Below, piece by piece: positions 37,398-47,597 of a DNA stretch of 64,000 nucleotides. Under the pieces are notes generated by a model, which worked only from the letters and a program-made list of their open reading frames with translations, did not search any database and was not told the origin of the DNA. Numbering within the stretch: the stretch's first letter is position 1; every line of letters begins with the position of its first letter. The stretch is from Endomicrobiia bacterium (GTDB lineage Bacteria > Elusimicrobiota > Endomicrobiia > DTEH01): positions 131,802 to 195,801 of the forward strand of contig JBCNUU010000001.1 in the NCBI GenBank assembly GCA_039630545.1, in the 5' to 3' direction. Made by a program: the position numbers and the translations under genes.

Positions 37398-39158
37398 ATG
37401 AAATTAACAAATTTTTATTTACCAACATTAAGGGAACCGCCAAGTGAGTGTGATATAATTTCTTCTAAGCTAATGTTTAGAGCAGGTATGATAAGAAAAC
37501 TTGCCAGTGGTATATATGAGTATTTGCCACTTGGTTTAAGGGTTCTTAAGAAGATAGAGCAAATAATACGTGAAGAGATGGATAGAATAGGTGGTCTTGA
37601 AGTGTGGCTTCCTCATCTTTTGCCTCGGGATATATGGGAGCAGACAGGTAGATGGCAACTATACGGTAAAGAACTTTTTAGATTAAAAGACAGAAAAAAC
37701 GCCGATTTTTGTTTATCTCCTACAGCTGAAGAAGTTATAACACATCTTATAAGAAATGAAATGCGTTCTTATAAACAATTACCAAAAATGTTTTATCAAT
37801 TTGGTACAAAATTTAGAGATGAAATAAGACCAAGATTTGGAGTAATAAGAGCCAGAGAATTCTATATGAAAGATGCTTATTCTTTTCATAAAGATGAAAA
37901 AGATGCGGAAGAGTTTTACCAGAAGGTTTTTGATGCCTATTGTAGAATTTTTAAAAGATGTGGATTAAATTTTGTTGCGGTAGAGGCATCTACAGGGGCT
38001 ATTGGAGGCAAATTTTCTCATGAGTTCATGGTTGTCAAGGAAAAAGATCCTGATTTTGTGGGTGAAGAGACAATAGTGTTTTGTTCTAATTGTGGTTATT
38101 CTGCAAATATAGAAAAAGCAAAGTGCATATATGAAGATACTACTGAAAAGTTTTTGAAAATGGAAGAATTATGCGAAGTGTTTACTCCGGGTATGAAGAC
38201 AGTGGAAGAAGTAGCCGGTTTTTTGAAGGAATCTAAAGATAAATTTATTAAAACTTTAGTGTATAAAGAAGAAACACAAAATTATGTGTATTTAGTTCTT
38301 ATTAGAGGTGATTATGAAGTAAACGAAGCAAAACTTAAAGAAGTTTTGTCATTGTCAGATATTAAGTTGGTAGAACCACAGGAGGTGGAAGAAATCTTTG
38401 GTGTTCCTGTGGGTTTTTTAGGACCTGTTAATTTAAATATTGTCAATAAAAAGTATGTAGTTAAGACTGTAGCAGATGAGTCTGTGAAATATATAATGAA
38501 TGGTATTTCTGGAGCAAATAAAAAAGATTATCATTTAAAGAATATAAATTATCAAAAAGATTTTACTGTAGATATAGTTGCTGATATTAGAAATATTACT
38601 AAAGAAGATTTATGTCCTGTATGTAGAAATAAGAGTACTTTAAATTTTTCAAAAGGGATAGAAGTTGGTCATACTTTCAAATTAGGTACAAAATACTCAA
38701 AGTCGATGGAAGCCACTTTTCTTGATGAAAATAATAATCAGAAGTACTTTGTCATGGGATGTTATGGGATTGGTGTTTCAAGAATTATAGCAGCAGCTAT
38801 AGAACAAAATCATGATGATAAAGGGATTATCTGGTATCCTGAGATTGCTCCATTTTTAGTATATATATTGCCTATTGATTATAGTGATCCCCAGATCAAA
38901 AATATTACTGATAAACTCTATAACTTATTGTTAGACAACAATATAGAAACAATCTTAGATGACAGAGATGAACGGCCAGGAGTAAAATTTAAAGATGCGG
39001 ATCTTATAGGAATACCTCTAAGAATAACTATAAGTAAAAAACTACTTCCATCAAAAGTTGAATTATATTTTAGAAAAAACTCTGAGAAAGAAGTTGTGGA
39101 GTTGGATGGTATAATAGATAAAATTAAAAAAACACTTGCTTCATTAAAAAATTTTTAA
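37398..39158 (+). CDS. proS: Proline--tRNA ligase (bacterial type with editing insertion)
   Basis: Class II motifs (FRDEIRPRFGVIRAREFYMKDAYSF; GCYGIGVSR). 586 aa with an INS domain and a C-terminal anticodon-binding domain. Confidence 0.95.
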   Translation: MKLTNFYLPTLREPPSECDIISSKLMFRAGMIRKLASGIYEYLPLGLRVLKKIEQIIREEMDRIGGLEVWLPHLLPRDIWEQTGRWQLYGKELFRLKDRKNADFCLSPTAEEVITHLIRNEMRSYKQLPKMFYQFGTKFRDEIRPRFGVIRAREFYMKDAYSFHKDEKDAEEFYQKVFDAYCRIFKRCGLNFVAVEASTGAIGGKFSHEFMVVKEKDPDFVGEETIVFCSNCGYSANIEKAKCIYEDTTEKFLKMEELCEVFTPGMKTVEEVAGFLKESKDKFIKTLVYKEETQNYVYLVLIRGDYEVNEAKLKEVLSLSDIKLVEPQEVEEIFGVPVGFLGPVNLNIVNKKYVVKTVADESVKYIMNGISGANKKDYHLKNINYQKDFTVDIVADIRNITKEDLCPVCRNKSTLNFSKGIEVGHTFKLGTKYSKSMEATFLDENNNQKYFVMGCYGIGVSRIIAAAIEQNHDDKGIIWYPEIAPFLVYILPIDYSDPQIKNITDKLYNLLLDNNIETILDDRDERPGVKFKDADLIGIPLRITISKKLLPSKVELYFRKNSEKEVVELDGIIDKIKKTLASLKNF

Positions 39159-39179
39159 TATAAACACAATTTACTTACT

Positions 39180-39677
39180 ATGAGTAAAAATGAAATAATA
39201 GAAAAAGTAAAAGAGGTAATTTCTCCAGTTTTAGAATCAGGTGGATATGAATTAGTAGATATAGAATATGATTTATCACAAGAAGGAAGAGTTTTAAGGA
39301 TATATATAGATAAAGATGGTGGTGTCAAAATCAAAGATTGTGAAACAGTAACTGCAATGGTTTTGACTGTATTAGATACTCATAAGATAATTGAAGAGGA
39401 TTATTTCATAGAAGTTTCATCCCCTGGAATATATCGTGAGTTAAAAAAAGAAAAAGATTTTTTAAGATATATAGGACATAGAATAAAAGTAAAATTATAC
39501 AATTCAATGGAATTGCCTCAGTTTGGTAAGCAGAAAGTTTTTTTTGGTAAATTAAAAGATTTTAAAAATAATACTTTGTGGATCGTCTTGGATAACAACT
39601 TAGAAATATGTTTTGATATGAGTATAGTTGCGAAGGTAAATTTAGAACCAGACATTTCTATTTTATTTGATAAATAA
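39180..39677 (+). CDS. rimP: Ribosome maturation factor RimP
   Basis: Conserved position upstream of nusA. RimP-like N-domain (VLESGGYELVDIEY, LRIYIDKDGGV). Confidence 0.85.
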   Translation: MSKNEIIEKVKEVISPVLESGGYELVDIEYDLSQEGRVLRIYIDKDGGVKIKDCETVTAMVLTVLDTHKIIEEDYFIEVSSPGIYRELKKEKDFLRYIGHRIKVKLYNSMELPQFGKQKVFFGKLKDFKNNTLWIVLDNNLEICFDMSIVAKVNLEPDISILFDK

Positions 39678-39687
39678 CTTTAAATCT

Positions 39688-40761
39688 ATGACAGAAATAA
39701 AACTTGAAGATATATTACCAGCATTAGAACAAATAGAAAAGTTGCATAAAATACCTCGTGAGGAGGTTATAAAGTCTATAGAATCAGCTATAACTTCAGC
39801 TGCTAACAAATTTTTTGGTTCCGAATATAAAATCGTAACTAACATAGATTTTAACAGCGGTACTGGAGTGCAAACTTTTATCATTAAAAAAGTTGTTGAA
39901 AAAATTACTGATGAAAAACAAGAAATTTCTTTAGAAGAGGCAAAAAAATATAATTCTCAAGCTAAAATAGGAGATGAAGTAAAAATTTTAGTAAATAATG
40001 CTTCTTTTAGCAGGTTAGCTGCTCAGTCTGCTAAGAAGATTATTTTACAAAAACTCCGTGAAAGTTACAAAAAGAATATCTTTGAGGAATATAAATCAAA
40101 AGTAGGTGAAATAGTATCAGCAAATGTGTATGCTATAAAAGGCAAAACCATTATATTAGAAGTGATGGGAAATATTGAAGGAATAATTCCACAGAGGGAA
40201 CAGGTGTTTAAAGAGAAATTTAGAATAGGACAAACAATAAAAGTATTAATAAAAGATGTTGAAAAAACAAAAAAAGGTATAAGAATAATAGCATCCAGAT
40301 TTGACAAAGATTTTATTAAAAAACTTTTTATGTCTGAAATCCCAGAGATAAAAGAAAATGTAATAGAAATAGTAGAAATTGTCCGTGCAGCTGGACATAG
40401 GACAAAAATAGTATTAAAATCAAATAATCCTAAAGTGGATCCTGTAGGATCTTGTGTTGGAGTAAAAGGTTCAAGAATAAAACCAATAATTGATGAATTA
40501 CAAGGAGAAAAAATAGATTTGATACCATATACCGATAATATTACAAAATTCATACTTTATTCCTTAGCTCCATGGAAAGTAGAAAAAGTAGAAGTAGAAG
40601 ATGCTGACAAAAAAATAGCGAATGTTTATTTGTCTAAGGATTTTTACGAAACTGTTAGTGACAAAGCTAACATTAATCTTAATCTTGCTAAGGAATTAAC
40701 AGGTTGGGAGATAAAGATATATCCTTTAGAAACTAATGTAGATACTAAAAAAAATGAATAA
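39688..40761 (+). CDS. nusA: Transcription termination/antitermination factor NusA
   Basis: N-terminal RNAP-binding domain, S1, then KH1/KH2 (GHRTKIVLKSNNPKVDPVGSCVGVKGSRIKPI). No C-terminal acidic repeats (short form). ATG at 39688 is preferred over the TTG at 39667. Confidence 0.9.
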   Translation: MTEIKLEDILPALEQIEKLHKIPREEVIKSIESAITSAANKFFGSEYKIVTNIDFNSGTGVQTFIIKKVVEKITDEKQEISLEEAKKYNSQAKIGDEVKILVNNASFSRLAAQSAKKIILQKLRESYKKNIFEEYKSKVGEIVSANVYAIKGKTIILEVMGNIEGIIPQREQVFKEKFRIGQTIKVLIKDVEKTKKGIRIIASRFDKDFIKKLFMSEIPEIKENVIEIVEIVRAAGHRTKIVLKSNNPKVDPVGSCVGVKGSRIKPIIDELQGEKIDLIPYTDNITKFILYSLAPWKVEKVEVEDADKKIANVYLSKDFYETVSDKANINLNLAKELTGWEIKIYPLETNVDTKKNE

Positions 40762-42724
40762 AAAAAGTACCAAAAAAGACATAGATAAAATTAAAAAGAC
40801 AATTGTTGATAAGAAGAAAAAAGAAAAAAAAACTTTGCCTAAAAAAAACAATCTCAAGTCTTCTACAACGCTTTCTCGTAAACGAGAAGTATCACAGAAG
40901 TTGTTAACTATAAAGTTAACTAAGGAAGGCATTTCTCCCCAGGAAATTTCAGAGATTATAAAAGAACCTGTCAATAAAATCATTACAGAGTTGATAAGCT
41001 TAGGAGTAATAGTTTCTGCCACACAGAAAATTACTGATAAAGATACTCTTGAATTATTATTTATTCAGTTAGGAAAAAAAATAAAATTTGAAGAGGTTGT
41101 GGAAGCAAAAGAAGAGATTACTATTGAAGAAAAAGAAATTAAAGAAATTAAGGTAGAAGAACCAAAAATAGAAAAAAAACCAAAAGTAGAACAAGTTAAA
41201 AAAGAAATACCTCCTAATTTTGTTAAAAAAATTCCTGTAGTCACAGTAATGGGACATGTAGACCATGGCAAAACTACTTTATTGGATACAATTAGAAAAA
41301 CTAATGTTGTTTCACAGGAATACGGAGCTATTACTCAACATATTGGAGCTTATAAAGTTAAGTATAAAGAGAATTTTATAACTTTCATAGATACTCCGGG
41401 CCACGAAGCTTTTTATGCTATAAGAGCAAGAGGTGCTAAAGTTACTGATATTGTAGTTTTAATAGTAGCAGGTGATGAGGGGATTAAACCCCAAACTATT
41501 GAATGTATAAATCATATAAAATCTGCTAATGTTCCCTTTATAGTTGCTGTTAACAAAATAGATTTACCACAGTGTAATGTAAACAATGTTAAAAAACAGT
41601 TTTCTGATTTAGGGATTATACCAGCAGATTGGGGGGGAGATGTTGAGTTTGTAGAGATTTCTGCAAGAAACAACATTAACATAGACAGGTTATTAGAAAT
41701 AATAATTGCTCAAACTGAACTAATGGAGTTATATTCACCAATTGATGTTCCTTGTGAAGCTGTGGTAATTGAAACTAAGTTTGATCAAAAAAAAGGATTT
41801 TTAGCCACTGTAATAGTCAACAAAGGCAAATTGAAAATAGGAGAAAGTTTTATATGTGGTTATTCATATGGGAAGGTAAGATCTATTTTTGATGAAAATG
41901 GTCAAAAGTTAAATGAGTTAAATCCCGGAGAACCTGGAGAAATTTTTGGTTTTGAAGTTTTGGCTAATGCCGGAGATATTTTAAAAGTCGTAAAAGATGA
42001 AAAAGAAGCAAAAAGGATATATGAAGAACTTGAGGCTCAAAGGAAGATACAATTAAGTAAAACAAAAAGACATCTTACTATAGAAGATGTGATATCTGGT
42101 AAAAGAAATGTTTTAAGTTTAGTTATAAAAGCAGATACTCAGGGTTCTTTAGAAGCTATACTAAAGATGTTAAATAATTTATCAGAGGAACTTAAAAATT
42201 CTGCGGAACTTCCGGAGCTAAAGATATGTCATTCTTCTGTAGGAGAAATAAAAGAATCCGATGTATTACTTGCTACAACAAGTGACGCTATAATAATAGG
42301 TTTTAATGTGAGACCCAATATTCAAGCTTTAAAAGACGCTAAACATGAAGGTATTGAGATAAGAACTTATAGGTTAATTTATGAACTTATAGATGACATA
42401 AGAAAAACACTGCAGCGTTTAGAAATAAAAAAAGAAACAGAAGAGTTTTTAGGAAGAGCAAGAATTAAAAAAATTTTCGAGATTTCCAAAGTAGGAAAAA
42501 TAGCTGGATGCATAGTGGAGGAAGGCAAAATTGTAAGAAATTCAAAGGTAAGAATTTTGAGAGATAATGTTATTATAGGTGAGACAAAAATTATTTCTTT
42601 AAAACATTTCAAAGAAGATGTGAAAGAAATTCAGCAAGGATATGAATGTGGTATTGGACTTGAAAACTTTCAAAACATAAAAGAAAACGATGTGATAGAA
42701 TGTTATCAAATTGTAATTAAATAA
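40754..42724 (+). CDS. infB: Translation initiation factor IF-2
   Basis: G-domain (GHVDHGKTT, DTPGH, NKID). C-terminal beta-barrel domains. K/E-rich N-terminus. Confidence 0.95.
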   Translation: MNKKSTKKDIDKIKKTIVDKKKKEKKTLPKKNNLKSSTTLSRKREVSQKLLTIKLTKEGISPQEISEIIKEPVNKIITELISLGVIVSATQKITDKDTLELLFIQLGKKIKFEEVVEAKEEITIEEKEIKEIKVEEPKIEKKPKVEQVKKEIPPNFVKKIPVVTVMGHVDHGKTTLLDTIRKTNVVSQEYGAITQHIGAYKVKYKENFITFIDTPGHEAFYAIRARGAKVTDIVVLIVAGDEGIKPQTIECINHIKSANVPFIVAVNKIDLPQCNVNNVKKQFSDLGIIPADWGGDVEFVEISARNNINIDRLLEIIIAQTELMELYSPIDVPCEAVVIETKFDQKKGFLATVIVNKGKLKIGESFICGYSYGKVRSIFDENGQKLNELNPGEPGEIFGFEVLANAGDILKVVKDEKEAKRIYEELEAQRKIQLSKTKRHLTIEDVISGKRNVLSLVIKADTQGSLEAILKMLNNLSEELKNSAELPELKICHSSVGEIKESDVLLATTSDAIIIGFNVRPNIQALKDAKHEGIEIRTYRLIYELIDDIRKTLQRLEIKKETEEFLGRARIKKIFEISKVGKIAGCIVEEGKIVRNSKVRILRDNVIIGETKIISLKHFKEDVKEIQQGYECGIGLENFQNIKENDVIECYQIVIK

Positions 42725-43077
42725 TGAAGAATTTTCTTTACAGAACATATAGAGTAAGAAAGCAACTTCATAGAGAAATAGCTAATATAATTTCTAACTT
42801 AAAAGATCCAAGAGCTAACAACATTACTATTACTGAAGTTGAACTTTCATCAGATCTTAGAACTGCGAAAATATATTATACTGTGATTGGTAATAATATT
42901 CAGGATATAAAAGAGATGTTTAATTCGGCTAAAGGTTTTATTAGAAGTTCTTTAGCGCAAAAGTTAAATCTTAAACATGCGGTTGACATAGAATTTATTT
43001 ATGATAAATTTTTAGAAAAAGCTTTTAGAGTTATCACAATTTTAGATAAAATTAAAGATGAAGAAAGTAACAAGTAA
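42724..43077 (+). CDS. rbfA: Ribosome-binding factor A
   Basis: Conserved operon position. RbfA KH-like sequence (ITITEVELSSDLRTAKIYYTV). Confidence 0.85.
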   Translation: MKNFLYRTYRVRKQLHREIANIISNLKDPRANNITITEVELSSDLRTAKIYYTVIGNNIQDIKEMFNSAKGFIRSSLAQKLNLKHAVDIEFIYDKFLEKAFRVITILDKIKDEESNK

Positions 43078-44053
43078 AGAAGCAAAAAAGTTCTTTGAAT
43101 TAGTAAAAAATTCAAAAAGTATCCTTATTATAGGTCATGAATTTCCAGATGCTGATGTAGTTGGAAGTGCTTTAGCTATTTTCTTATTTATAAATAAACT
43201 TTATCCAGAGAAGAAAATAGATATATATTCAAAAGATAAAATACCCGAATATTTAAAGTTTCTACCTGAAATAGATAAAATAAAAATAATAAGAAAAGTT
43301 CCACATTATAAAAAATATGATCTTGGTATCATGCTTGAATGTATAGATAAATCTAGGATAGGAGATATAATAGAATTTTCTCAACTTCGTTATATAGTGA
43401 ATATAGATCATCATTTAAATAATCAGAATTTTTCAGATAGAAATTTCTTAAATATTGTATACACTGAATATGCTTCATGTGCTGAGATTGTTTTTGACAT
43501 ATTTAAATTAAATAAAGTTAAACTTAACAAAGAGATGGCTTTATGTATATATGTAGGGATTCTTACCGATACTGGAATGTTCCAGTGGACAAATACTAAT
43601 AGACATACTTTTACTACTGCAGCTGAACTTCTTTTATATGGGATAGAACCATATTTTGTTTATAAAAGTTTGTTTAGAAATAAAAGCTACGAAAGTATGT
43701 TGCTTTTGAGTAAAGCACTGTCTACTATGAAGTTTGAAAAAATAAAAAATTATAAGGTAGGCACAATGCAAGTAACACAGAAGATGCTAAAACAAACAAA
43801 AACTACTTTGCGGGATACAGAAAATTTTATAAATTTTATAATGGATGTATCTAACACAAATATAGGAATTTTATTTAAAGAAGAAGAAAAAAATTCAATA
43901 AAGGTAAGTTTCAGGTCAGATGTAGTTGATGTTGAAAAAATATGTAAAAATTGGGGAGGTGGAGGGCATAAATCTGCTGCTGGAGCGATGATAAAAGGTA
44001 ACATCGAAAAAGTTAGAGTTGAAGTTTTAAACTACTTAAGAAAAATATTGTAA
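43058..44053 (+). CDS. nrnA: DHH/DHHA1 nanoRNase / pAp phosphatase (NrnA family)
   Basis: DHH motifs (IIGHEFPDADVVGS, NIDHH). DHHA1 GGGGH. Confidence 0.8.
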   Translation: MKKVTSKEAKKFFELVKNSKSILIIGHEFPDADVVGSALAIFLFINKLYPEKKIDIYSKDKIPEYLKFLPEIDKIKIIRKVPHYKKYDLGIMLECIDKSRIGDIIEFSQLRYIVNIDHHLNNQNFSDRNFLNIVYTEYASCAEIVFDIFKLNKVKLNKEMALCIYVGILTDTGMFQWTNTNRHTFTTAAELLLYGIEPYFVYKSLFRNKSYESMLLLSKALSTMKFEKIKNYKVGTMQVTQKMLKQTKTTLRDTENFINFIMDVSNTNIGILFKEEEKNSIKVSFRSDVVDVEKICKNWGGGGHKSAAGAMIKGNIEKVRVEVLNYLRKIL

Positions 44054-44940
44054 TGCAAAAAGCTGGTGTTGCTACGATTGGTTTTTTTGACGGAGTTCAT
44101 CTGGGACATCAGAAATTGATATCTATAGTTAAAAAAGTAGCTGCGGCTTCTAACTACAAAAGTATTCTTTTTACTTTTAATAAAACTTTAAAATCTGAAA
44201 ATTTGATTTATAGTTTTAGAAAAAAGATTGAGATTTTAAAATCATGTAATTTGGACAAAATTATTGTACTTGATTTTTGGAAAATAAAAAATTTAACACC
44301 TCAGATGTTCTTTGAAAAATTTATAATAAAAAATAAAATTAAACTAGTTATTGTAGGCAGAAATTTTAGATTTGGGAAAGACGCATCTGGCGGAACAAAA
44401 GAGTTGATAGAATTATCACATAAATACAAAGTTTCTTTAGGAATAATCAAAAATGTTAAAATTAAGTTGAACACAAAATCCTATTCCGTATCTTCATCAA
44501 TGATAAGGAATAAAATATTAAAAAGTAAATTTGAATATGTCAACAAACTCCTTAATAGGGATTATTATATTGAGGGCTTTGTTACAAAAGGATATGGGAT
44601 TGGCAGTAAGCTTCTGGGTGTTCCTACTTTGAATATTTCACCTAAAAATCTTGTGTTACCCAGAGGTGTAATTTTAGGTATAACAGAGATAGACCAAAAA
44701 AAATTTTACTCAATTGCAAATTTTGGATTCGCTCCTACTTTTAAAAAAAAGTATTTTTCTGTGGAGATACATATTTTGAACAAAAGTATTAATATCAAAA
44801 ATAATAGGACAATAAAATTTTATCCTATAAAAAAAATAAGAAATGAAAAATTTTTTTCTTCAGTTTCGTCTCTTAAAAAGTGTATTCTAAATGATATTAA
44901 AAAAGCTTCGCTTTTTTTTCGGTCATATAAAATTGATTAA
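44053..44940 (+). CDS. ribF: Bifunctional riboflavin kinase / FMN adenylyltransferase
   Basis: FAD synthetase motifs (GFFDGVHLGHQ, SSSMIR). Riboflavin kinase domain (GFVTKGYGIGSKLLGVPTLN). truB is absent between nrnA and ribF. Confidence 0.8.
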   Translation: MQKAGVATIGFFDGVHLGHQKLISIVKKVAAASNYKSILFTFNKTLKSENLIYSFRKKIEILKSCNLDKIIVLDFWKIKNLTPQMFFEKFIIKNKIKLVIVGRNFRFGKDASGGTKELIELSHKYKVSLGIIKNVKIKLNTKSYSVSSSMIRNKILKSKFEYVNKLLNRDYYIEGFVTKGYGIGSKLLGVPTLNISPKNLVLPRGVILGITEIDQKKFYSIANFGFAPTFKKKYFSVEIHILNKSINIKNNRTIKFYPIKKIRNEKFFSSVSSLKKCILNDIKKASLFFRSYKID

Positions 44941-44949
44941 GGAGGAAAT

Positions 44950-46941
44950 ATGAATAATATAATAAACATCTCTGTGATAGGTTCATCTACTTCAGGTAAA
45001 ACTTCTTTAGTTGAAGCAATTTCATTTTTGGCCGGTATAACTTCAAGATTAGGAAGTGTTCAAGACGGAAACACTATATCAGATTATTTGCCTGAAGAAA
45101 TAGAAAAACAAATGTCAATAAGTAATTCTGTAATTACATTCACTTATAAAGATAAAAAAATAAATTTAATAGATACACCAGGATTTCCTGATTTTATAGG
45201 AGAAGTTTTGTGTGCTTTAAACGTAGTAGAAAATTGTATTTTAGTGGTAAGTGGAGACTCACAGCTGGATGCCCAAACCATGGACTTTGTAGATATGCTT
45301 CGCGAAAAGCAAATACCTTTTGTTACAGTAATAAGTAAAATGGACAAGGAAAATATTAATTTTGAAGAGAAATTAAAAGAGATTGAAGAAAAATTGGAGT
45401 TAAATTTTACTCCTGTTACAATTCCTAAATCTGTTAGTAGTAATCTTGAAATTATTAATTTGTTATCTCTTCAAGAGAGACCCTCGCAAGCTGAAATTGC
45501 TAAACTTTATGATAAATTTTTTGAAAATGTTGTCAGTTTAAATGAACAGCTTATGGAGAAATATTTAAATAATGAAAAAATCTCTTTAAATGAAATTTCC
45601 TCACAAGTTAGAATAGGATACCAATCCTTACAGATAAGACCTTTGTTTTGTGCTTCTTTTAACAAATTAGTTGGTGTTAAAGAAATTTTAGAATTTGTTT
45701 TAGAAAACTTTACAGATGCCCAAAGTGTTTTAAAAAAGAATGGATTTTCTTTAGATCAGCAAGTATCAGCTTTAGTGTTTAAAACTGTAAGTGAACCTGG
45801 CATGGGACAGATGAATTATATTAAGGTTTATAGTGGAAAGTTTGTAAGTGGTATGGATGTTAAAAATATTACAAGGAATATTACAGAACGAATAGGTCAA
45901 TTAGTGTTTTTACAAGGTAAAAAACGTCAGGAACTAAATGAGATTGTATTTGGAGATATTGGCGGATTGATTAAGCTTAAAGATACAAGAACAAATGATA
46001 TTTTATCTAACGATGAAACATTAGCAAAAAAAATAAAAAGAATAGAATTTCCAGAACCTTTAACAGATATGGCTGTAGTAAGTAAGTCTAAGGGAGAAGA
46101 GGAAAAAGTAGGTAACGCTTTCAGTAATATTCTGTTAGAAGATCCGACTTTAAGATTTAAATACAATCCAGAAATAAAACAAATGATAGTTTCAGGGATA
46201 GGCTTTACTCAGTTGGATATTATAGTTAAAAGAATAAAATCAAGATATAATGTTGAAGTTGATCTCATTAAACCGAAAATACCTTATAAAGAAACAATTA
46301 AGAAAAAAACAGAAGCTGAAGGTAAATACAAAAGACAGTCAGGAGGAAGAGGGCAGTATGGTCATTGTTTCCTAAGAGTTGAACCTCTTCCGCGAGGAAA
46401 AGGTTTTGAGTTTGTAGATGAAATTTTTGGAGGGGTTATTCCTAAAAACTATATACCTTCTGTTGAAAAAGGTGTTTTGGAAAAAATGGCAGAGGGTGTG
46501 ATTGCTGGCTATCCGGTGGTTGATATAAAAGTTACATTATATGACGGTTCTTATCATGAAGTAGATTCTTCTGATATGGCATTTAAAATTGCTGCAAGAA
46601 TGGCTCTTCAAAAAGCAATAATGGAAGGTTCTCCATGTATTTTAGAACCAATAATGGATGTTGAAATAAAAGTTCCTGAAGAGTACCTTGGGAATGTCAT
46701 AGGAGATATAAATAGTAGAAGAGGTAGAATAATATCTTTTGAAAAAGAACATAAATATCAAAAAATTAAAGCACAGATTCCTTTAGCTGAACTTCACGGA
46801 TATACTATGGATTTAAGGAGTTTAACTAAAGGTGCAGGTAAATTTTCAATGAAACTTTCTCACTATGAAGAGTTACCACCACATCTATCTCAGCCTTTAA
46901 TTGAAGAATATCAAAAAAGTAAAACTCAACAAGAAGAATAA
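44950..46941 (+). CDS. Elongation factor G paralog (EF-G-like translational GTPase) with divergent G motifs
   Basis: Full EF-G domain order (G, II, III, IV, V) with DTPGFPDF (G3). G1 reads GSSTSGKTS and G4 reads SKMD instead of NKxD. 663 aa. Confidence 0.8.
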   Translation: MNNIINISVIGSSTSGKTSLVEAISFLAGITSRLGSVQDGNTISDYLPEEIEKQMSISNSVITFTYKDKKINLIDTPGFPDFIGEVLCALNVVENCILVVSGDSQLDAQTMDFVDMLREKQIPFVTVISKMDKENINFEEKLKEIEEKLELNFTPVTIPKSVSSNLEIINLLSLQERPSQAEIAKLYDKFFENVVSLNEQLMEKYLNNEKISLNEISSQVRIGYQSLQIRPLFCASFNKLVGVKEILEFVLENFTDAQSVLKKNGFSLDQQVSALVFKTVSEPGMGQMNYIKVYSGKFVSGMDVKNITRNITERIGQLVFLQGKKRQELNEIVFGDIGGLIKLKDTRTNDILSNDETLAKKIKRIEFPEPLTDMAVVSKSKGEEEKVGNAFSNILLEDPTLRFKYNPEIKQMIVSGIGFTQLDIIVKRIKSRYNVEVDLIKPKIPYKETIKKKTEAEGKYKRQSGGRGQYGHCFLRVEPLPRGKGFEFVDEIFGGVIPKNYIPSVEKGVLEKMAEGVIAGYPVVDIKVTLYDGSYHEVDSSDMAFKIAARMALQKAIMEGSPCILEPIMDVEIKVPEEYLGNVIGDINSRRGRIISFEKEHKYQKIKAQIPLAELHGYTMDLRSLTKGAGKFSMKLSHYEELPPHLSQPLIEEYQKSKTQQEE

Positions 46942-46967
46942 TTTATGTTTAAAGGAGGATTTTAAAA

Positions 46968-47576
46968 ATGAAAAACATATTACAAATGATTTTTTTAATT
47001 GTAATTTGTTGTTTTATTTTTAACAGTTGTGCTACAACTCCTACTGTTACCAGGATAGATGTTTCTGAACAGATAGATTTAAGTGGAGAATGGAATGATA
47101 CTGATTCTCAACTTGTAGCTGCTGAGATGATAAAAGATGCGTTAAGCCGTCCATGGATAGATGAATTTGTTTCAAAGAAAAAACAAAAGCCCAGAATAAT
47201 AGTAGGTACAGTAAAAAATCGTTCTCATGAACATATAAATACTCAGACTTTTGTTAAAGATCTGGAAAGAGAATTAATAAATTCAGGAAGAGTAGTATTT
47301 GTAGCTTCTAAAGAAGAAAGACAGGAAATAAGGGAAGAAAAACTTGACCAGATGATGCATGCTTCAGCTGCTACGAGAAAACAGTTAGGGGAAGAATGGG
47401 GTGCAGATTTTATTCTTCAAGGACAGATAAACACTATTCTTGATCAAGCTGGCAACAAAACTGTAAAATATTATCAAGTTGAATTAGAAATGGTAAATAT
47501 CTTGACTCATGAAAAAGTCTGGATAGGGCAGAAAAAAATTAAAAAGCTTGTTGAACGTCCAAGAACTAGGTTCTGA
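46968..47576 (+). CDS. Lipoprotein, LpoB-like (penicillin-binding-protein activator family candidate)
   Basis: Lipobox-like IFNSC after the signal peptide. C-terminal region (GEEWGADFILQGQI...YQVELEMVNILTHEKVW) resembles LpoB-family domains. Recognised from memory only. Confidence 0.45.
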   Translation: MKNILQMIFLIVICCFIFNSCATTPTVTRIDVSEQIDLSGEWNDTDSQLVAAEMIKDALSRPWIDEFVSKKKQKPRIIVGTVKNRSHEHINTQTFVKDLERELINSGRVVFVASKEERQEIREEKLDQMMHASAATRKQLGEEWGADFILQGQINTILDQAGNKTVKYYQVELEMVNILTHEKVWIGQKKIKKLVERPRTRF

Positions 47577-47597
47577 TTAAATTTGTTATTTAAAAAT

